Shown here: positions 33,851-46,858 of the stretch, piece by piece | Numbering within the stretch: position 1 is the stretch's first letter | Layout: each line of letters opens with the position of its first letter | Assembly (NCBI GenBank): GCA_965603825.1 | Contig: CBFDEM010000039.1 | Span: 186,001-250,000 of the forward strand | Source: Blepharisma stoltei ATCC 30299 | Taxonomy: Eukaryota; Protista; Ciliophora | DNA: 64,000 bases | Direction of reading: 5' to 3' | Translations under genes and position numbers: made by a program | Notes under the pieces: generated by a model | Databases searched by the model: none | Told to the model about the DNA's origin: nothing | What the model saw: only the letters and a program-made list of their open reading frames with translations

Positions 33851-35383
33851 ATGTCTTTGCGAAGTTTAAGCACCCAGCGAACTTCAAGCTCTCGAAGTTT
33901 ACCTTCAATTTCAGTATCTCAAAGCACCCAAAAAATTATTTTGAAATGAATCAATAACCTAAACATTTGAAAACAGCTGGCCATTTCAGATCTCCCTGAA
34001 AGATTCAGAACTGGAGTTCTCCCTCTTAAGCTTCTAGAAAGGATTGACCCAGAGTTCGACATTTCTCGCTGCTTTCTAGAACCTCGCTCTAAAGACCAAT
34101 GCTTAACTAATATAAAATCTCTAGTTAAAAGACTGGTTGGGAATTTTGGAATGAGAAATGGACAAGAAATAGTCAGCCAGCTATATCAAGGAAGTCCTGA
34201 GGCTGCTTGGACCACTTTAGAATTTATGATAAGAAGTGTGATGATTGGAGAAGTCAAATCTTTTAATGGAGTAATTATGAACTGGCTTGAATCATCACTT
34301 CAGGTTTATAACAAAAATTTGTTAGTAGAAAGCATTGAAGAGCCTTATACCACATTAGTCAAAGATTTTGCGAATGGCGTGAATTTGATATGCATTCTGC
34401 ATTTATTTATGGATGAGCCAAAGCTTGCTTTGGCTAATGTCTACTCAATTCCAGAAAACAAAATGGAAGTTGATCACAATCTTTCTTATTTTTTTCAGTC
34501 AGTGGCGAGGACAAAAATTCCGCTTCTGTTCAGTTTGGAAGAATTCAAAGAAAATAATGACCCTGATTTTCTATTATTGCAGCTTTTTTATATTTTCCTG
34601 GAATTCAAAGATATTCCAATTAATAATGACAGAAGGCGGCCTTTTGTTTTTAAAGATGATAAAAGGATTAGTCAAAAGAGAATTGAGGAATCAATAGAGA
34701 ATGCTCTAACTGTTTTAAGCACAAAGCCAGAAACACATAGTGAGTCAGATTCTTCAAAAGCCTCAGGGCACGATTCTCATCAAGGGGAAGGAAGCAGCTT
34801 TGGGGTTGGAGATTTCCAGGAATACTCCTTTAGCAATGAGTCAGAATCACCTACAACTTTAGACGCTATGGAAAAACAAGTAATCCAGCAAGAAAGGAAG
34901 CTTATGTATATAGCAGATTTAAGGAAGAAAAAAGAAACCAAAAGACTGATTTATGCGCCAAGCTTACAACAGCTGCAAATCCCTGGTAAAGAAAATGAAA
35001 TGGTCTTTAACTCTCCTTCTCAGAAATGCTTATCGCATGCAGAGAGCTTGATTTGCTTTTTGCTGACTCCAAGAATTGTCAAAGTAAATGTGAATAATGG
35101 GTGGATTAGGGTGCTATTGAATATAATTCCTAATGAAAACTTATTTTCAGCTGTAAAAGAAAATTATTTGCTGGAATGCAGAGAACTGAGCAATATGAAT
35201 CTTGCGATAAGTTTAGATATCAATGATACTGATGGAATTTCTAAAGGGAAAAATAATGAGTTGGTGATACACCATAATCGAGGAAAGATAAGAATCCAAT
35301 GTAAAACAGATGATGAAGCTGATCTTTACCATCAAGGATTGACTTTTCTAGTTCACAAGACAAAGAACAGCTTTACCATTTAA
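33851..35383 (+). CDS. Protein with tandem calponin-homology-like domains and a possible C-terminal PH-like fold (510 aa)
   Basis: ATG 33851 is in frame via two TGA. CH-like ILKWIN...DL..RFRTGVLPLKLLE and IMNWLE...LVKDFANGVNLICILH; C-terminal IRIQCKTDDEADLYHQGLTFL. Confidence 0.65.
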
Positions 35384-35463
35384 TTTAAGGTTTTGTATTT
35401 TAATTTTACTAAACTTATTATATTTACTTTGTGTCATTATTAATAATAATTCTTAGATTAATA

Positions 35464-38400
35464 TTAAGCTGCTGATGTTTTTGCAGTAACTTTCCATTGG
35501 AATACACATTGATCATCACCTCCAGCAGTAAATATATACCGATCATCCACACTAAATCTAACATTTGTGACGTGCGAGCTATGTCCTCTACCAATAACTC
35601 CTTCTGATCCTTTAAGCAAGCACGGGTATCTAAACACCTTCAACATTCCGAAATCATCTGAAGTCGCCACAAGTGGATATTCATTATTTCCGAATTTTTT
35701 CTTGCTTCTGTCAACTGCATTTACATCTGTGCCATCAGCATAAGCTGGATAAATCCCTTGTACAGGCCATCCAATTACTAATGTCCAAGTATTCCATTCT
35801 TCATCTTTTAGAGCTGAGGCACCACTTGTATTCTGTCTTCCTGAATTCCCATCCCAAAATAGCAATTCATAAGCTCCACAGTTAGAATGAATGTAGCCAG
35901 AATCAGTAGACCAGTCAATATGGGTGATATAAGAGGAATGGCCTTTGCAGACTGCAATTTGCCTGAAGTCTGGAACTGAGTATATATCAATTACACAGTC
36001 GTGGGAGCCAATTGCAAGCTTGCTTCTGTCAGGGGAGAATTTTATATCAGAAATTTCACTTTTGCGGTCTTTTTTGGAAACTCGGACGTTCCATGTGCTT
36101 GTGTCGAGGATTTTGAAACTTCCATCTTTGAATCCGACTGCCATCATAGATCCATCAGGGTTGCAGCACAAACACCTGGCTTTAGCTGAGTCTGGGATTT
36201 CTTCATTGTCAGTGAATTTGATTATTCTGATTTGGGATTTGTTTTCTATGTCCCAGAGCCTTAATGTCCCATCATCTGAACAAGTGGCATAGGCGGCTCC
36301 ATCAGGGAGAACGTGTAAGCCCCAGACTTCATTGGTGACTGTTTTTCCTCTAGAAGGGGTATAGTGGCCTTTTATAAGATTTCTGCCTTCTCCACTTGTG
36401 ATGTCAATTTCGTAGATTTCGGCTCCATATGTTCCTACAAGGAGGCTTCCTCCGTCTTCACTGATACAAGCAGATCTTATGAATGGGCATACAGATTCAT
36501 ATTGAGGAGAGCTTAAATCAAAGCTTTGTCTTTTGTTTAAATTGTTATCAAGGATATAGACCAAACCATCTTTTCCTCCTGATACTATGCAAGCATGAGT
36601 TGCCCATAAGCTGTCTACACCTCTTTGGTGGATAGGGAATGATTTTCCGGCTGTATTTCCAGCCCATTTTATAATAGTTCCAATTGCTGTCCCTGTGTAA
36701 ATGTTTGTCCCTTGTATGGCCAGACACATCAATAAATTATTGTTTCTGCCAAAAACTCCTTTTTTGCCTGACAATTGATTTCCACTAAGAGTTCATTGTT
36801 TATAATGCTTAGGACCAGTTGTGATAAACTCATTTTCTGATATAAATCCTACATCAAGGATTATCTCTCTATCACCATTTGTTGTACAAATAAGGCTATT
36901 ACTCTGCAGATTATAAATAGCTACACTGTGGTTATCATCCATCCCAATAGCTACAAGCTTAGTTGCAGATGGAGAAAATGCAATTGCGCTGATCCCTTTT
37001 TCTAAAGGTTGTTTAAAGTTAGCGATAGGCATCATAGAGGCTGTATCTCATATAAAGATATTAGGCCTTCTCCCAACTTCTCCAGTAGCAGCCAGATCGC
37101 AGTTAGGCGACAACGCAAAAGCAATAATATCATCTATATGCTTATTAAAATAAGTCTGCGTCCATGTTTCTTTATTAAGAGATATCCCTAGTCCTGCTGC
37201 ATGATAAATGATCCTTCCATCATGCAAGTATCTTAAATTGTTCCTACAGTCTTTCGCTCTATATCCATGGACTCATTCTAAGCTCAAGTCTATTGCAGGA
37301 GCTTGGTTTTGGTTTCTTGGAGCTTTAATAAACCCAGAAGGCGGCTTAATAGCCCCTTCCCAAGGTTTTACAGCTAAAAACTGGTCTCCTTCTCCAAGTT
37401 CTTCGAACTGGAAAAAGCTGTTCGGGTCGTTATTTTCCAAAGCAGCCGCTACTTTTACCTTTGTTTTTTCTTTGACTTCTTCATTTTTCTTATTCAGCGC
37501 CATTTCTTTTGGTATATCTTCAAACTCAATTTTATTATCTTCGTCATAAACAGGGTCAGTATCAGGAACTGCCATATCAGTTTGCCATACAAAGACACAT
37601 TTATCATTTCCTCCAGTACTTACTAAAAATGCATCATTGCTTGAAAACTTGCATTTGGTTACATGGGAGGAGTGTCCTGTATAAGATTTGCAGGCTTGTT
37701 TTTTTACTGCGACTGGGTATCTGAATAAATTTACTTTTCCGAAGTCATCAGCAGTAGCTAAGACACTTAAATTGTGAGAGCGGTGGCAAGAGTTGATATC
37801 AGTGCCATCAGCGCCTTCTGGCCATATATATTGAACTGATCATCCTAGCACACAAGTCCAGCTATACCATTCTACGTTTTTGACTGAGCTGGAGGATACG
37901 TTAATTTTTCCGTCCACATTTACAAATTTCAGCTCATAAGCTTGAGAGTTAACAGCTACTAAAGACGCATCAATTGACCAGTCTAAATGGGTAAGGGCTG
38001 ATGTGAGGCCTGCATTAATTGCATACATTTTTACTAGTTTGCCGTTTTGGATGCCCATTATTTCTACTTTTGAGGCACCTCCATGAGCTCCAAAAGCGAT
38101 TCTGTCCCCTCTAGGAGAAAATTTGAGGTCTTCAATCCAGCAGTCTTTGCCTTTAAAAGTGCTTTGTAGGCTGGATAAATTCGACAAGGAGCTAGCATCT
38201 AGCAAAATTACCATGCCGTTCATTAGCCCAGAGGCTAAATATCTGCCATCTGGTGACCAATCAATAGCTCTCATATCATGGGACAAAGGCTTAATTGCTA
38301 ACAGCTGAATGCCTTGGGCCAAGTCCCAAATTCTGATTGTTTTGTCTCCTCCACAAGTAGCACAGAGAGGGTGTTCAGGATGCATTGCAAGTCCCCACAA

Positions 38401-41400
38401 TTCTCCATCATAATGCCCTGAGCCTAAAGATTCCACTTCTTGCCAGTTTCGGATTTCAAGGATTTCTGCAGATCTGGTACCGACTAAGACAGTGCCTGCA
38501 GAGTTGATATCTAATGACCTCACCCCAGGGTTTAAAGCGTATGCATCAATGCTTACAGACTGAGACTGCATCATGTTTTGGTCCCATACTATTATGACCC
38601 CATCTGAGCCTCCACTTAATAGCTGGCCTTCTACTACTGTAAGAGCCCATACTTGGCCATTGTGGGCTTTCATTGATTTCCCTAGACTTCTTCCTGCCCA
38701 GATCCAGATATTTCCTGCATGAGTGCCAGTTACGAAATTATTGTTAAACGCTACTCCACATAGCTGAGCTTCAAAAGGTTTCGAGGCATTTCCAAGAGTT
38801 CCTCTATTCCCAGTGACATTTTTTCCATTAATTGTGAAGAATTTGATGAATTTTGCTCCATAAACAGCTAAATCAGTGTTAGAAATAAAGCTTGCACCAA
38901 GGACTGGCTCTTTTTCGACTTTTGAGTTGCAGATCATTCTTTTAGCTTGCCATTCATAAACAGCCAAACTATGGTCGTCATCTTCTCCAATGCTCAATAA
39001 GCTTTTTCCATCTGGGGAAAATCCTACATGCTTAATAGCTCTTCTATGAAATCCTGAAAGGCAAGAAATTCCTTGCAAAGTATCTGAGTCCCAGACATGG
39101 ATTTCAAGCTCCCTTGATTTCCCTATATGAGCCATCTGCCCAGTAGCTACAATTTTTCTGTTCGGATGTATAGCAAGGCACACTACGTCGTCATCATGCA
39201 TTTGGAAGAATTTCTGTTGCCTCGAAGCAGGGTCCATCACAATTCCTAGTGCAGCTGCAGGATATACAACTTGTCCAGTCGATGTATATTTTAAGTTATT
39301 TCTTGAGTCAAATGACCTATATCCATGCACTTTTATCAGTGTAATATTTTCATCTGGAGCTTTTCCTTGGTTTTTTGGTGGGGTATAATCATTTGGGGTG
39401 CTTGCTTTTAGCTCTCCTAGCCATGGCTTTACAGCTAAAAATTGGTCGCCTTCTCCTACATTTTGAATATCAAATAAATTGGTCTCATCTCTGGTAGCTT
39501 CTAATAAATCATCGCTTGCATTAATTTCTATATGTTCTTCTGTATACTTCCATTGGAAAATTGCTTTGTCATTGCCTCCAGTTGTTATTAAATATCCATT
39601 TAAAAATGACAGATTTGTGACGTGAGAGGAGTGGCCTTTGTAGACGTTAAATCCTGCACCTTTATTCACACAAGGATTTTTGAAGAGTTTTACTTGACCA
39701 AAATCATCGACAGTTGCGACGACCTTGTGGGATTTGCTTCTTTCTAAATTGTTAATATCGTCACCTCCTGAACAAGGAGGCCAAATGCCTTGAACAGGCC
39801 AGCCAAGCACACATGTCCATGTAGCCCAAGGCTCGTCTTTATAAGCAGTTGCACCATGAGGGTCTGCAGACCCTGAGCTTAAATTGTGATATAAAATTTC
39901 ATAGCTTGTGCTGTTTGACTGAATAATATCGCCCGCCACTGAAAAATCTATATGAGTTACAGACGCAGTGTGGCCTTTAAATTTATTTTTTATTCTGTAG
40001 TTTTCGTTGACTGCATATATAAAAATCAGAAAATCTTTGGCGCCGACTGCTACAGTGTTCCCGTTTGGAGAGAATTTGATATCTGTGATACATTTTGTTC
40101 TATCAAATTTAGTATCTTTGACAGCTAAGGAATTTCCATCTAAAATTACAACTTTTCCGTTTTCTAAGCCTGCAAGTAAGACTGCTGCGTTGGGAGAATA
40201 AGCTAAAGCACCGCCTGGACCTTCTAGTTTTTTGCATGTTTTTTGCTTTCTGGTCGGCACATCCCACACTGCAAGCATGCATTCTTGGCCAAGTGTGGCA
40301 AATTCCAGCCTTGTAGGATGAGAACAGACTCCCCACAATTCTTTGTCATAATGTCCTTTGAGCAGAGCTTTTGAATTTTGTCCGGTGACTTCAAATATTT
40401 CTCCTCCTCTAGTACCAATTAAAATTTTCCCTCCAGGCCCTTCACAAGCACTGCGAGGCTTTGGCAAAATGCTTCCTAGGTCTTTGAGATCAATACTTTG
40501 GATTTTCCCCAAACTAAGGTCCAGTATATGGATAAAGCCATCGTTTCCTCCAGTAATAATCCCTTCTCCTCCAGTCCTTTGTCCAATGCACACCACAGGT
40601 GCTTCATGTACTTTTACAGCTTGAGAAAGGGTGCTTTCATTCCACTTAAAAACGCATCCATTAAATGCTCCAGTCACAGCACTCGCCCCTAAGAACCCAA
40701 TTGACATTAAAGTTTGTTGCTGTGTCTGTGGGGTTTTTCCCCATCCAGTTCCTCTTTTAGCGGTAATAGCTCCATTTGCAATATTAATCACAGCAAACAC
40801 CTTAACTCCACATGCAACGATTTTATTAGGTGTAGAAGGATGGAATTTTATATCAAGAAACGTATCTTTTCCTACACTTCCACTGGCCACCACACTTTGC
40901 ATAAGTCCAGGCTTGCCAGTTCCTCTTCCTAAGTCATAGACTACTACAATTTTTTCTTCGTCAGCTCCTAGCCCAGCCACTTTAGTCCCATCTGCAGAGA
41001 AGCATACACATGTGATTCCTTTTTTTAAGATTCCTTTAAAACTTTTGACGCATTCCATAGTTTCTGTATTCCATACACACATTAATGGAGTTCGGCCGAT
41101 TTCTCCTGTAACAGCCATTGTGCCTTGAGGGTGTATATCAAAAGAAATGATATCGTCTGTGTGAGCGATAAAGTGCTTTTGGGTATTTGTGCCTTGGTTA
41201 AGGACAATTCCTACAGCTGCGGTGTGGTAGACGACTTCTCCTCTGTTGGAGTATCTTAAGTTGTTTCTTACATCGTGGCATCTGTATCCATGGATATATT
41301 CCAGCTCTAAATTTGCATCTGGAGGGTCATCGTCTCCTTTTTTCGGCCTATAGTTGCTTGGGACTGAATGCTTGACGACTCCTTCCCAAGGTTTTACAGC

Positions 41401-42129
41401 TAAAAATTGGTCTCCTTCTCCTACTTGTTCTAGCAAGAAAGGTGTATCGTCTAAAGTTTCAACTCCTTCTTTAACCCTTTCCTGAACAGTCGACCTTGAC
41501 CATTCTCTTCGATTCGTCTCATTCTCCAAATCGCTGTCCATGCCTGGATCTTCTTCAGAGCCAAAATTCGGTCTGATGTCCTCCACAGTAACAAGCTGCA
41601 AAACTTCAAGGATTTTTACAACTTCCACATCTCTAGTTATAAAGCTTAGCCACTCTGCAATGGTAATTTGATTATCATGGTTTAAATCAATTTTGGTAAA
41701 CAGTCTTTGAGTCTTATCTTCTAATTCTTGCATTGTCATTGGGGAGCCACCAGTCATATAGCATAGCGCATTCATTGAAGTCCTTAACAATATGATTAAT
41801 TCATCAAAGGTGATTGCTTGAGAATGGTCAAAATCGTAGAGCTCAAACAGTAAGTCGGCTTTTACCTCTAATGAAGCGTCACAAATAATAATCATCCCTG
41901 CAATAAACTCATAGGCGTCGATTTTGTCCCTGCCGTGCTGATCGAAGATTTGAAAAACTGTATCGAGCTGGTCTGGCTTTGCCTTATAGAGCGTTGCTAC
42001 TTCTTCGCGGTCGAGACCAAAAGAATCGCTGATGAGCTCAAATCTCTCTCGGAGGTGGCTGGCTTGATCTCCTGAAATGACCAAGGATTTTAGTCCCGGG
42101 TGTAACTGGTGAGATTCACTTATACCCAT
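35464..42129 (-). CDS. EML5/EML6-like microtubule-associated protein (three HELP/WD40 TAPE units) with N-terminal EF-hand domain (2221 aa)
   Basis: Single 6666-nt frame with four internal TGA; three copies of GEGDQFLAVKPW...HGYR..D.RNNL.Y; EF hands DQHGRDKIDAYE, DFDHSQAITFDE, DLNHDNQITIAE. Confidence 0.92.
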
Positions 42130-42154
42130 TTTATTATAACTGATTTAAAAATAG

Positions 42155-44230
42155 TTAGTTTGAGCTTGTAGGGCGCTCGCCTTTATGAACTGGAGGCAGA
42201 TTTATCATGTCAGAAGAATTAGCAGGGATGTCTTCTTCAAAGTGCGAGTTTATAGGAGACTGGGCATGATAGTGGGAGGTTCTTGTGCGGTTACTTAACA
42301 TTTCTGGGTTCACTGTGGCAAGCATTCTGGAAAACCCAGGACCTGCCCTTGCGATGCGGTCTGCGGGGTCGCGATGAGGCATTTTATTCCAAGGCTGGTA
42401 ATTGGCGACTCTTCCTGCGAGTTTTTCAAGTTGCTTTTCACAAGAAGCACATGACCAGCCGCCAAGTGGCTTTTTAGCAAGCATGGCGTCTTCTCCGTCC
42501 CTTCTTTCTTTGCCAGGGGACTCATATATTTCTCGAATCAGTCTTTCTAAATATTTCAGAGCTTTTTTAGTATCTGTTTTATCAGCGAATTTTTTGCCCA
42601 TTGCATCACATACTGCGATAACTTTTTCTTGTAAGCTTTTTTCTAAGTTTTTGAGGTCTTCTTGGCTGGCGAAGCCTGAAAATAGATCATTGAGTTCTTT
42701 CATTTTATTTCATAATTCTTTATACATTTTTTCAACCCTTTCTTTAATTTCTTTGGTATCCTCGATTACTCTTTGAAGGAGATTCCACATATGAATTAAA
42801 TCAATCCCTTCTGGCAGCACCAACAATCTCAGCTGTTCTTCAATAACTGCAATTCTTCTCGCAAGTGAGTTCAATTTAGAAGAATCAGCGCCCCCTCCCA
42901 CATCTTCTCCACTTCCCCCAGCAAACGAAATTGGCCTTTCTTCTAAACTTCTAATTGACCGCTCATGGCGTTCCACTTCAGATTTAATTTTGCTTAAAAG
43001 TGATCTCAGGTCATCCAGATCACTTTTATCAGCTTTTTTGATAATAGTTTCTTCAAGCTTGCTGATTCTGCTTAAAATGTCATCTATAAGCTGAGGAGTA
43101 ATTCCACTTAACGACTCTAGCTTTTCTCTGAGGTCATCATAGCGTTTTCCAAGCTCTCTTAATAAATTCAAATCCTTGGTAGAAATAGATCCTCCAGAGC
43201 CGCCTGATTGGGAATGCCCACCTGCTGATCCTCCTTGGTTTTGTAGCATTGATTTAAGCTGATCGAAGTCTTCAACGTCAACTTTTGTTCTTAATGTCTC
43301 TTCAAATGACCTAAAAAGCTTCCTTAAGGACTCTATTTCATCTGATACTGACTGCCCATTGGCATCAAATTTTTTAAACGAATGTTCTAATTTCCTCAAG
43401 GCTTCTTCAAGCTCACTGATTTTCCCATCATGAAAACGAGTTTTCTCGTCAGCTCGCTCAGAAATTATTTTGGTGTCTTCTACCTTATCTTCAACTGATT
43501 TCAGCTTGGTTTCAAGCTCTCTTAGCTTTATATTAAGATCTCTTACTTCTCTTGATATATCACTATTTTTGCTCGTATTATCTTTAAACTGCTCTGTAAC
43601 TCTCTTGGACTCGTCACGGTTTTCTCCTTTGTCTCCTCCAATAGCGCCGCTTCTGATATTATTGATAATATCATCAACATTCTGCTCTAGCTGCCTTATT
43701 CTAATCTCGTGATCATTGATATCTGCCACATTTTTGTCAGTTTTCTTTTCAATTTCTTTTGTTTTTGCTTCATTTTCTGAGATTCGTTTTATTTGTTCGT
43801 CAACTTCGTTTCTTAAAGAATCGATCTGCCTTACTTGGTTATTAAGCTGCTCTTGGTGCTGCTCAAGGCGATGATAAATATCTTCAAGAGAAACGTTTTG
43901 GCTTTTTGAATTTTCATTGATTTTCTCATCAATGTTTTGGATTTTACTATTTTGCTCTTCTGAATTTTTTTTAAGCTCATCAATATTTTGCTGCTGAGCT
44001 GCTAAGGCTTCTTTGAGCCTTGCTATTTCTGAATCCAATCCTGTAGAATTTGTGGAGTTTCTACTTAAAACTTACCTTATGTCTTGCATAGCATTTTCAT
44101 GTCTTCGGAGAATATCCAGTATAAATTCAAACACAAGCTTGAAATTGTTTGTATTAAAGGATACGCTAAGAATGTCTTCAACTTGGACAGGGAAATCGAG
44201 CTTGACTTCTACTCTTGTTCGGTCTGCCAT
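42155..44230 (-). CDS. Long coiled-coil protein with C-terminal CxxC motif (DUF4795/QRICH2-like C-terminus; 686 aa; one intron)
   Basis: ATG 44230, intron 44061-44075, TGA at 42710 read as Trp; DAMLAKKPLGGWSCASCEK. Confidence 0.8.
44061..44075 (-). other. 15-nt intron GTAAGTTTTAAGTAG
   Basis: Removal links the first exon (MADRTRVEV...QDI) to the main ORF. Confidence 0.88.
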
Positions 44231-44321
44231 ATTATAATTAACTGCCTGACTTAGAATTCTTTTAAATCTCTAAAGGTTGAGAAACAGCAAAAGTAATTAT
44301 ATGGGAAAATTTTTTATTTAA

Positions 44322-45656
44322 TTATATACCTTCAAATGTGTTTTCCCTTGAATTATACATGATTTTTGGAATTGATGAATTGGGAGAGTCCCAAAATGAT
44401 TTTGATCTGAAGCTTGACTCTTCTGGAGATGAATAATCTGAATAGCATTGGGTGGACTCTGAATGTGGAGAAATCGGGCTTTCTTTGGCTACCTCAAAAG
44501 TAGTGTTTGTGCCGATTGTGCATTTTGAGGGGGTTTTCATTAATACGTTCGGCAAATTTGTGATTAAATTCGTCAAATTCGTAATTTGGTCTTGAAGTTT
44601 CTTAATTTCTTGGTCACGGGAGAATGACTCTGACTGCGGGCCAAAGTAGCTTACATCTGACTGGCTTTGTGAGAGAATATCTGAAATTGAACAATCTAAA
44701 GAAGGAGATTCCCCAAACCGTGCTGTTCTTAAGCCATTACTTGGTGAATTCAGCTGTGGGTTATTAAGCAATGATGCAGAAACCAACAGTGGCTTATTCA
44801 AATTTGTAGTCTCTATAGAAACTGAATGAAGATTCCATGTGGCAGATTCATCTAAATTTACCTCATAAAAGGATACTTTTTTATTAAAAATGACCATCAT
44901 GAAACTCAGCTTTTCTTGGCTTGATGACAATCTTTTGATTTTCTTTGATTGGGTGTAATGAAAACAAGCTGACCATAATGACAGTTTTGAACTCCTTTTA
45001 TTTTCATTCAGTCCAGACACCCAAATTCCTACACAAGGGTATTGCTGGACCATAGGATCAGTGCCAAGCAAAGCGATCACTCTTCCTAAACTGTCCATCG
45101 TCAATAGCCCAGTCCTGAATTTTTCACTGGACTTGTGAGTCAGCTGCTTAGAAAGTGGATTTGAAATAATTTTGAAACTCGGCAATATTTTGAACTGGAA
45201 ACTTGCTTTCGGGTAAATCCAGCTCCAAGAAAACTCAATTTTTTCTTTGATTGTGTAGCTTGCAAGTGTAATTATATAGTCAAAAGCCTCTGGCAATCGA
45301 CTGATTAAATCAATGGCTGAATCTGCTTTGTGAAGAGCCCAGTCACATGATCTCTCAATTTGGGTAGGAGTTATGTTTGAAGTTTGTAAAGGAACTGAGT
45401 AATCGCCGTTGTTGGAAGGCTCCCATGACACTTCTTCAATGCAAAACTTGTTTTCTTTTGATTTGAAGCTTTTTAGGACACAATTCTTGTTTCTGTGACA
45501 TATTTCTTCTAGTACGTCTCCGGCAATTTGAAAGGTGGGTAAGCTTTCATCGAAGCTTATTTCCATACATAGCTCGCTTTTAGAGCACTCCCAAAGAGAA
45601 GTGAATTGAAAACTGGAAATTATTGGTTTTTCCCAATAAATTAAGCTGTCCTGCAT
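44322..45656 (-). CDS. STIL (SCL-interrupting locus) N-terminal-domain protein
   Basis: KFRTGLLTMDSLGRVIALLGTDPMVQQYPCVGIWVSG resembles the STIL block GYLTMD.TRKLLLLLESDPK...PLVGIWLSG; short coiled coil QEIKKLQDQITNLTNL. Confidence 0.75.
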   Translation of the reverse strand: MQDSLIYWEKPIISSFQFTSLWECSKSELCMEISFDESLPTFQIAGDVLEEICHRNKNCVLKSFKSKENKFCIEEVSWEPSNNGDYSVPLQTSNITPTQIERSCDWALHKADSAIDLISRLPEAFDYIITLASYTIKEKIEFSWSWIYPKASFQFKILPSFKIISNPLSKQLTHKSSEKFRTGLLTMDSLGRVIALLGTDPMVQQYPCVGIWVSGLNENKRSSKLSLWSACFHYTQSKKIKRLSSSQEKLSFMMVIFNKKVSFYEVNLDESATWNLHSVSIETTNLNKPLLVSASLLNNPQLNSPSNGLRTARFGESPSLDCSISDILSQSQSDVSYFGPQSESFSRDQEIKKLQDQITNLTNLITNLPNVLMKTPSKCTIGTNTTFEVAKESPISPHSESTQCYSDYSSPEESSFRSKSFWDSPNSSIPKIMYNSRENTFEGI

Positions 45657-46025
45657 ATTAAATTATATAATACAGATGGCGGGCAAAAATTCCTTTGTTT
45701 ACTTTTGAAGATTTTAATACAAATTCTGCTATGATTTTTTTAAAATAAACTTTTTAAATTCATTTTCATAGTTTCTTTAATAATAGACTGCGATAAAATT
45801 GAAAAGATCATCAGATAAAATAAAAAATTGTTTTGAATTTTATTTTTAGTTGAGGATTAATTAATATAAACTAATAATTTGGAATAATAGAAATAGAAAA
45901 TTAATTCAGATAAAAATTAAATCATAAATCTCATAATAAGAAATCAATATTACTTGATATTCATTTTAATTCAAAATATTTGGGAAATATTAATTAATTT
46001 AACTATTAATGATGAATAGAATCTA

Positions 46026-46718
46026 TTATTTATTTTGCTCCTTTGAGATAGGAGGCCTAATAATTGGCTGAGGCAGTAATTCTTCAATCCCCTTCGGCTT
46101 GATTCCTTTCTCTCTGAGTTTGAGGCCTAAATACTTAAGCTCCTTCAAGAACTCTTCTTTTGCTACGACTGCCAGCTTTCTATATTCTGCTTGTATTGCT
46201 CCTCTCCTTTGATGTGTCGACATTTTCTTCCAATTCCTATTAATTTTTGCATTTCTCTCCGCGATTTTTCTCTTTTCATTTCTCGCTTTCTCTTCCTCAG
46301 TCAGCTCTCTCTTAATTTTAGGTTTTGGCTCTTCTTTCGGAATTGTTTTATCTAAATATTCAGCTTCTAATTGTTTCCAATAATTTTCTCTTATAATTTC
46401 CCTTTCTCTTATGACTGTCAAGAGTCTGGCCATTGATTGCTTCACCTTTTTCATTCTCCATTGAGCCCCTTTCTGCGACCCAAGTTGCACCTTGAGTTGA
46501 TTGTCTGCGCGAATAAGATTTTGTTCTTTATATAAGACAAACCATAACTTGACGAGATCTTCATGAGATTTTCGGCGTAAAAGAAAAGCGCTCCAGGCCT
46601 TTCCAGAGGTAACTTTAGCATCTTGGAATTCGCTTATATTTTCTGTGAAATTGGAAGCTCTAAGTTGAGGTTGAATAAGCTTCGTATTAAATGCTCGGAT
46701 CAAGCGAAAAGATAGCAT
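46026..46718 (-). CDS. MRPL47: Mitochondrial ribosomal protein uL29m (L47)
   Basis: SGKAWSAFLLRRKSHEDLVKLWFVLYKEQN, RMKKVKQSMARLLTVIRER; N-terminal presequence-like start. Confidence 0.9.
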   Translation of the reverse strand: MLSFRLIRAFNTKLIQPQLRASNFTENISEFQDAKVTSGKAWSAFLLRRKSHEDLVKLWFVLYKEQNLIRADNQLKVQLGSQKGAQWRMKKVKQSMARLLTVIREREIIRENYWKQLEAEYLDKTIPKEEPKPKIKRELTEEEKARNEKRKIAERNAKINRNWKKMSTHQRRGAIQAEYRKLAVVAKEEFLKELKYLGLKLREKGIKPKGIEELLPQPIIRPPISKEQNK

Positions 46719-46858
46719 ATTTATTAAGGTGGTTTGGAAGAAAAATTTTATGGCTTTATATAATAGAATATATCTTGTAAGACAGAAGTATGAAGTCGAT
46801 ATAAATTATTTAATCCATTTAATCATGAAAGTCATTTCAAACAGGGTGAATAATTAAT

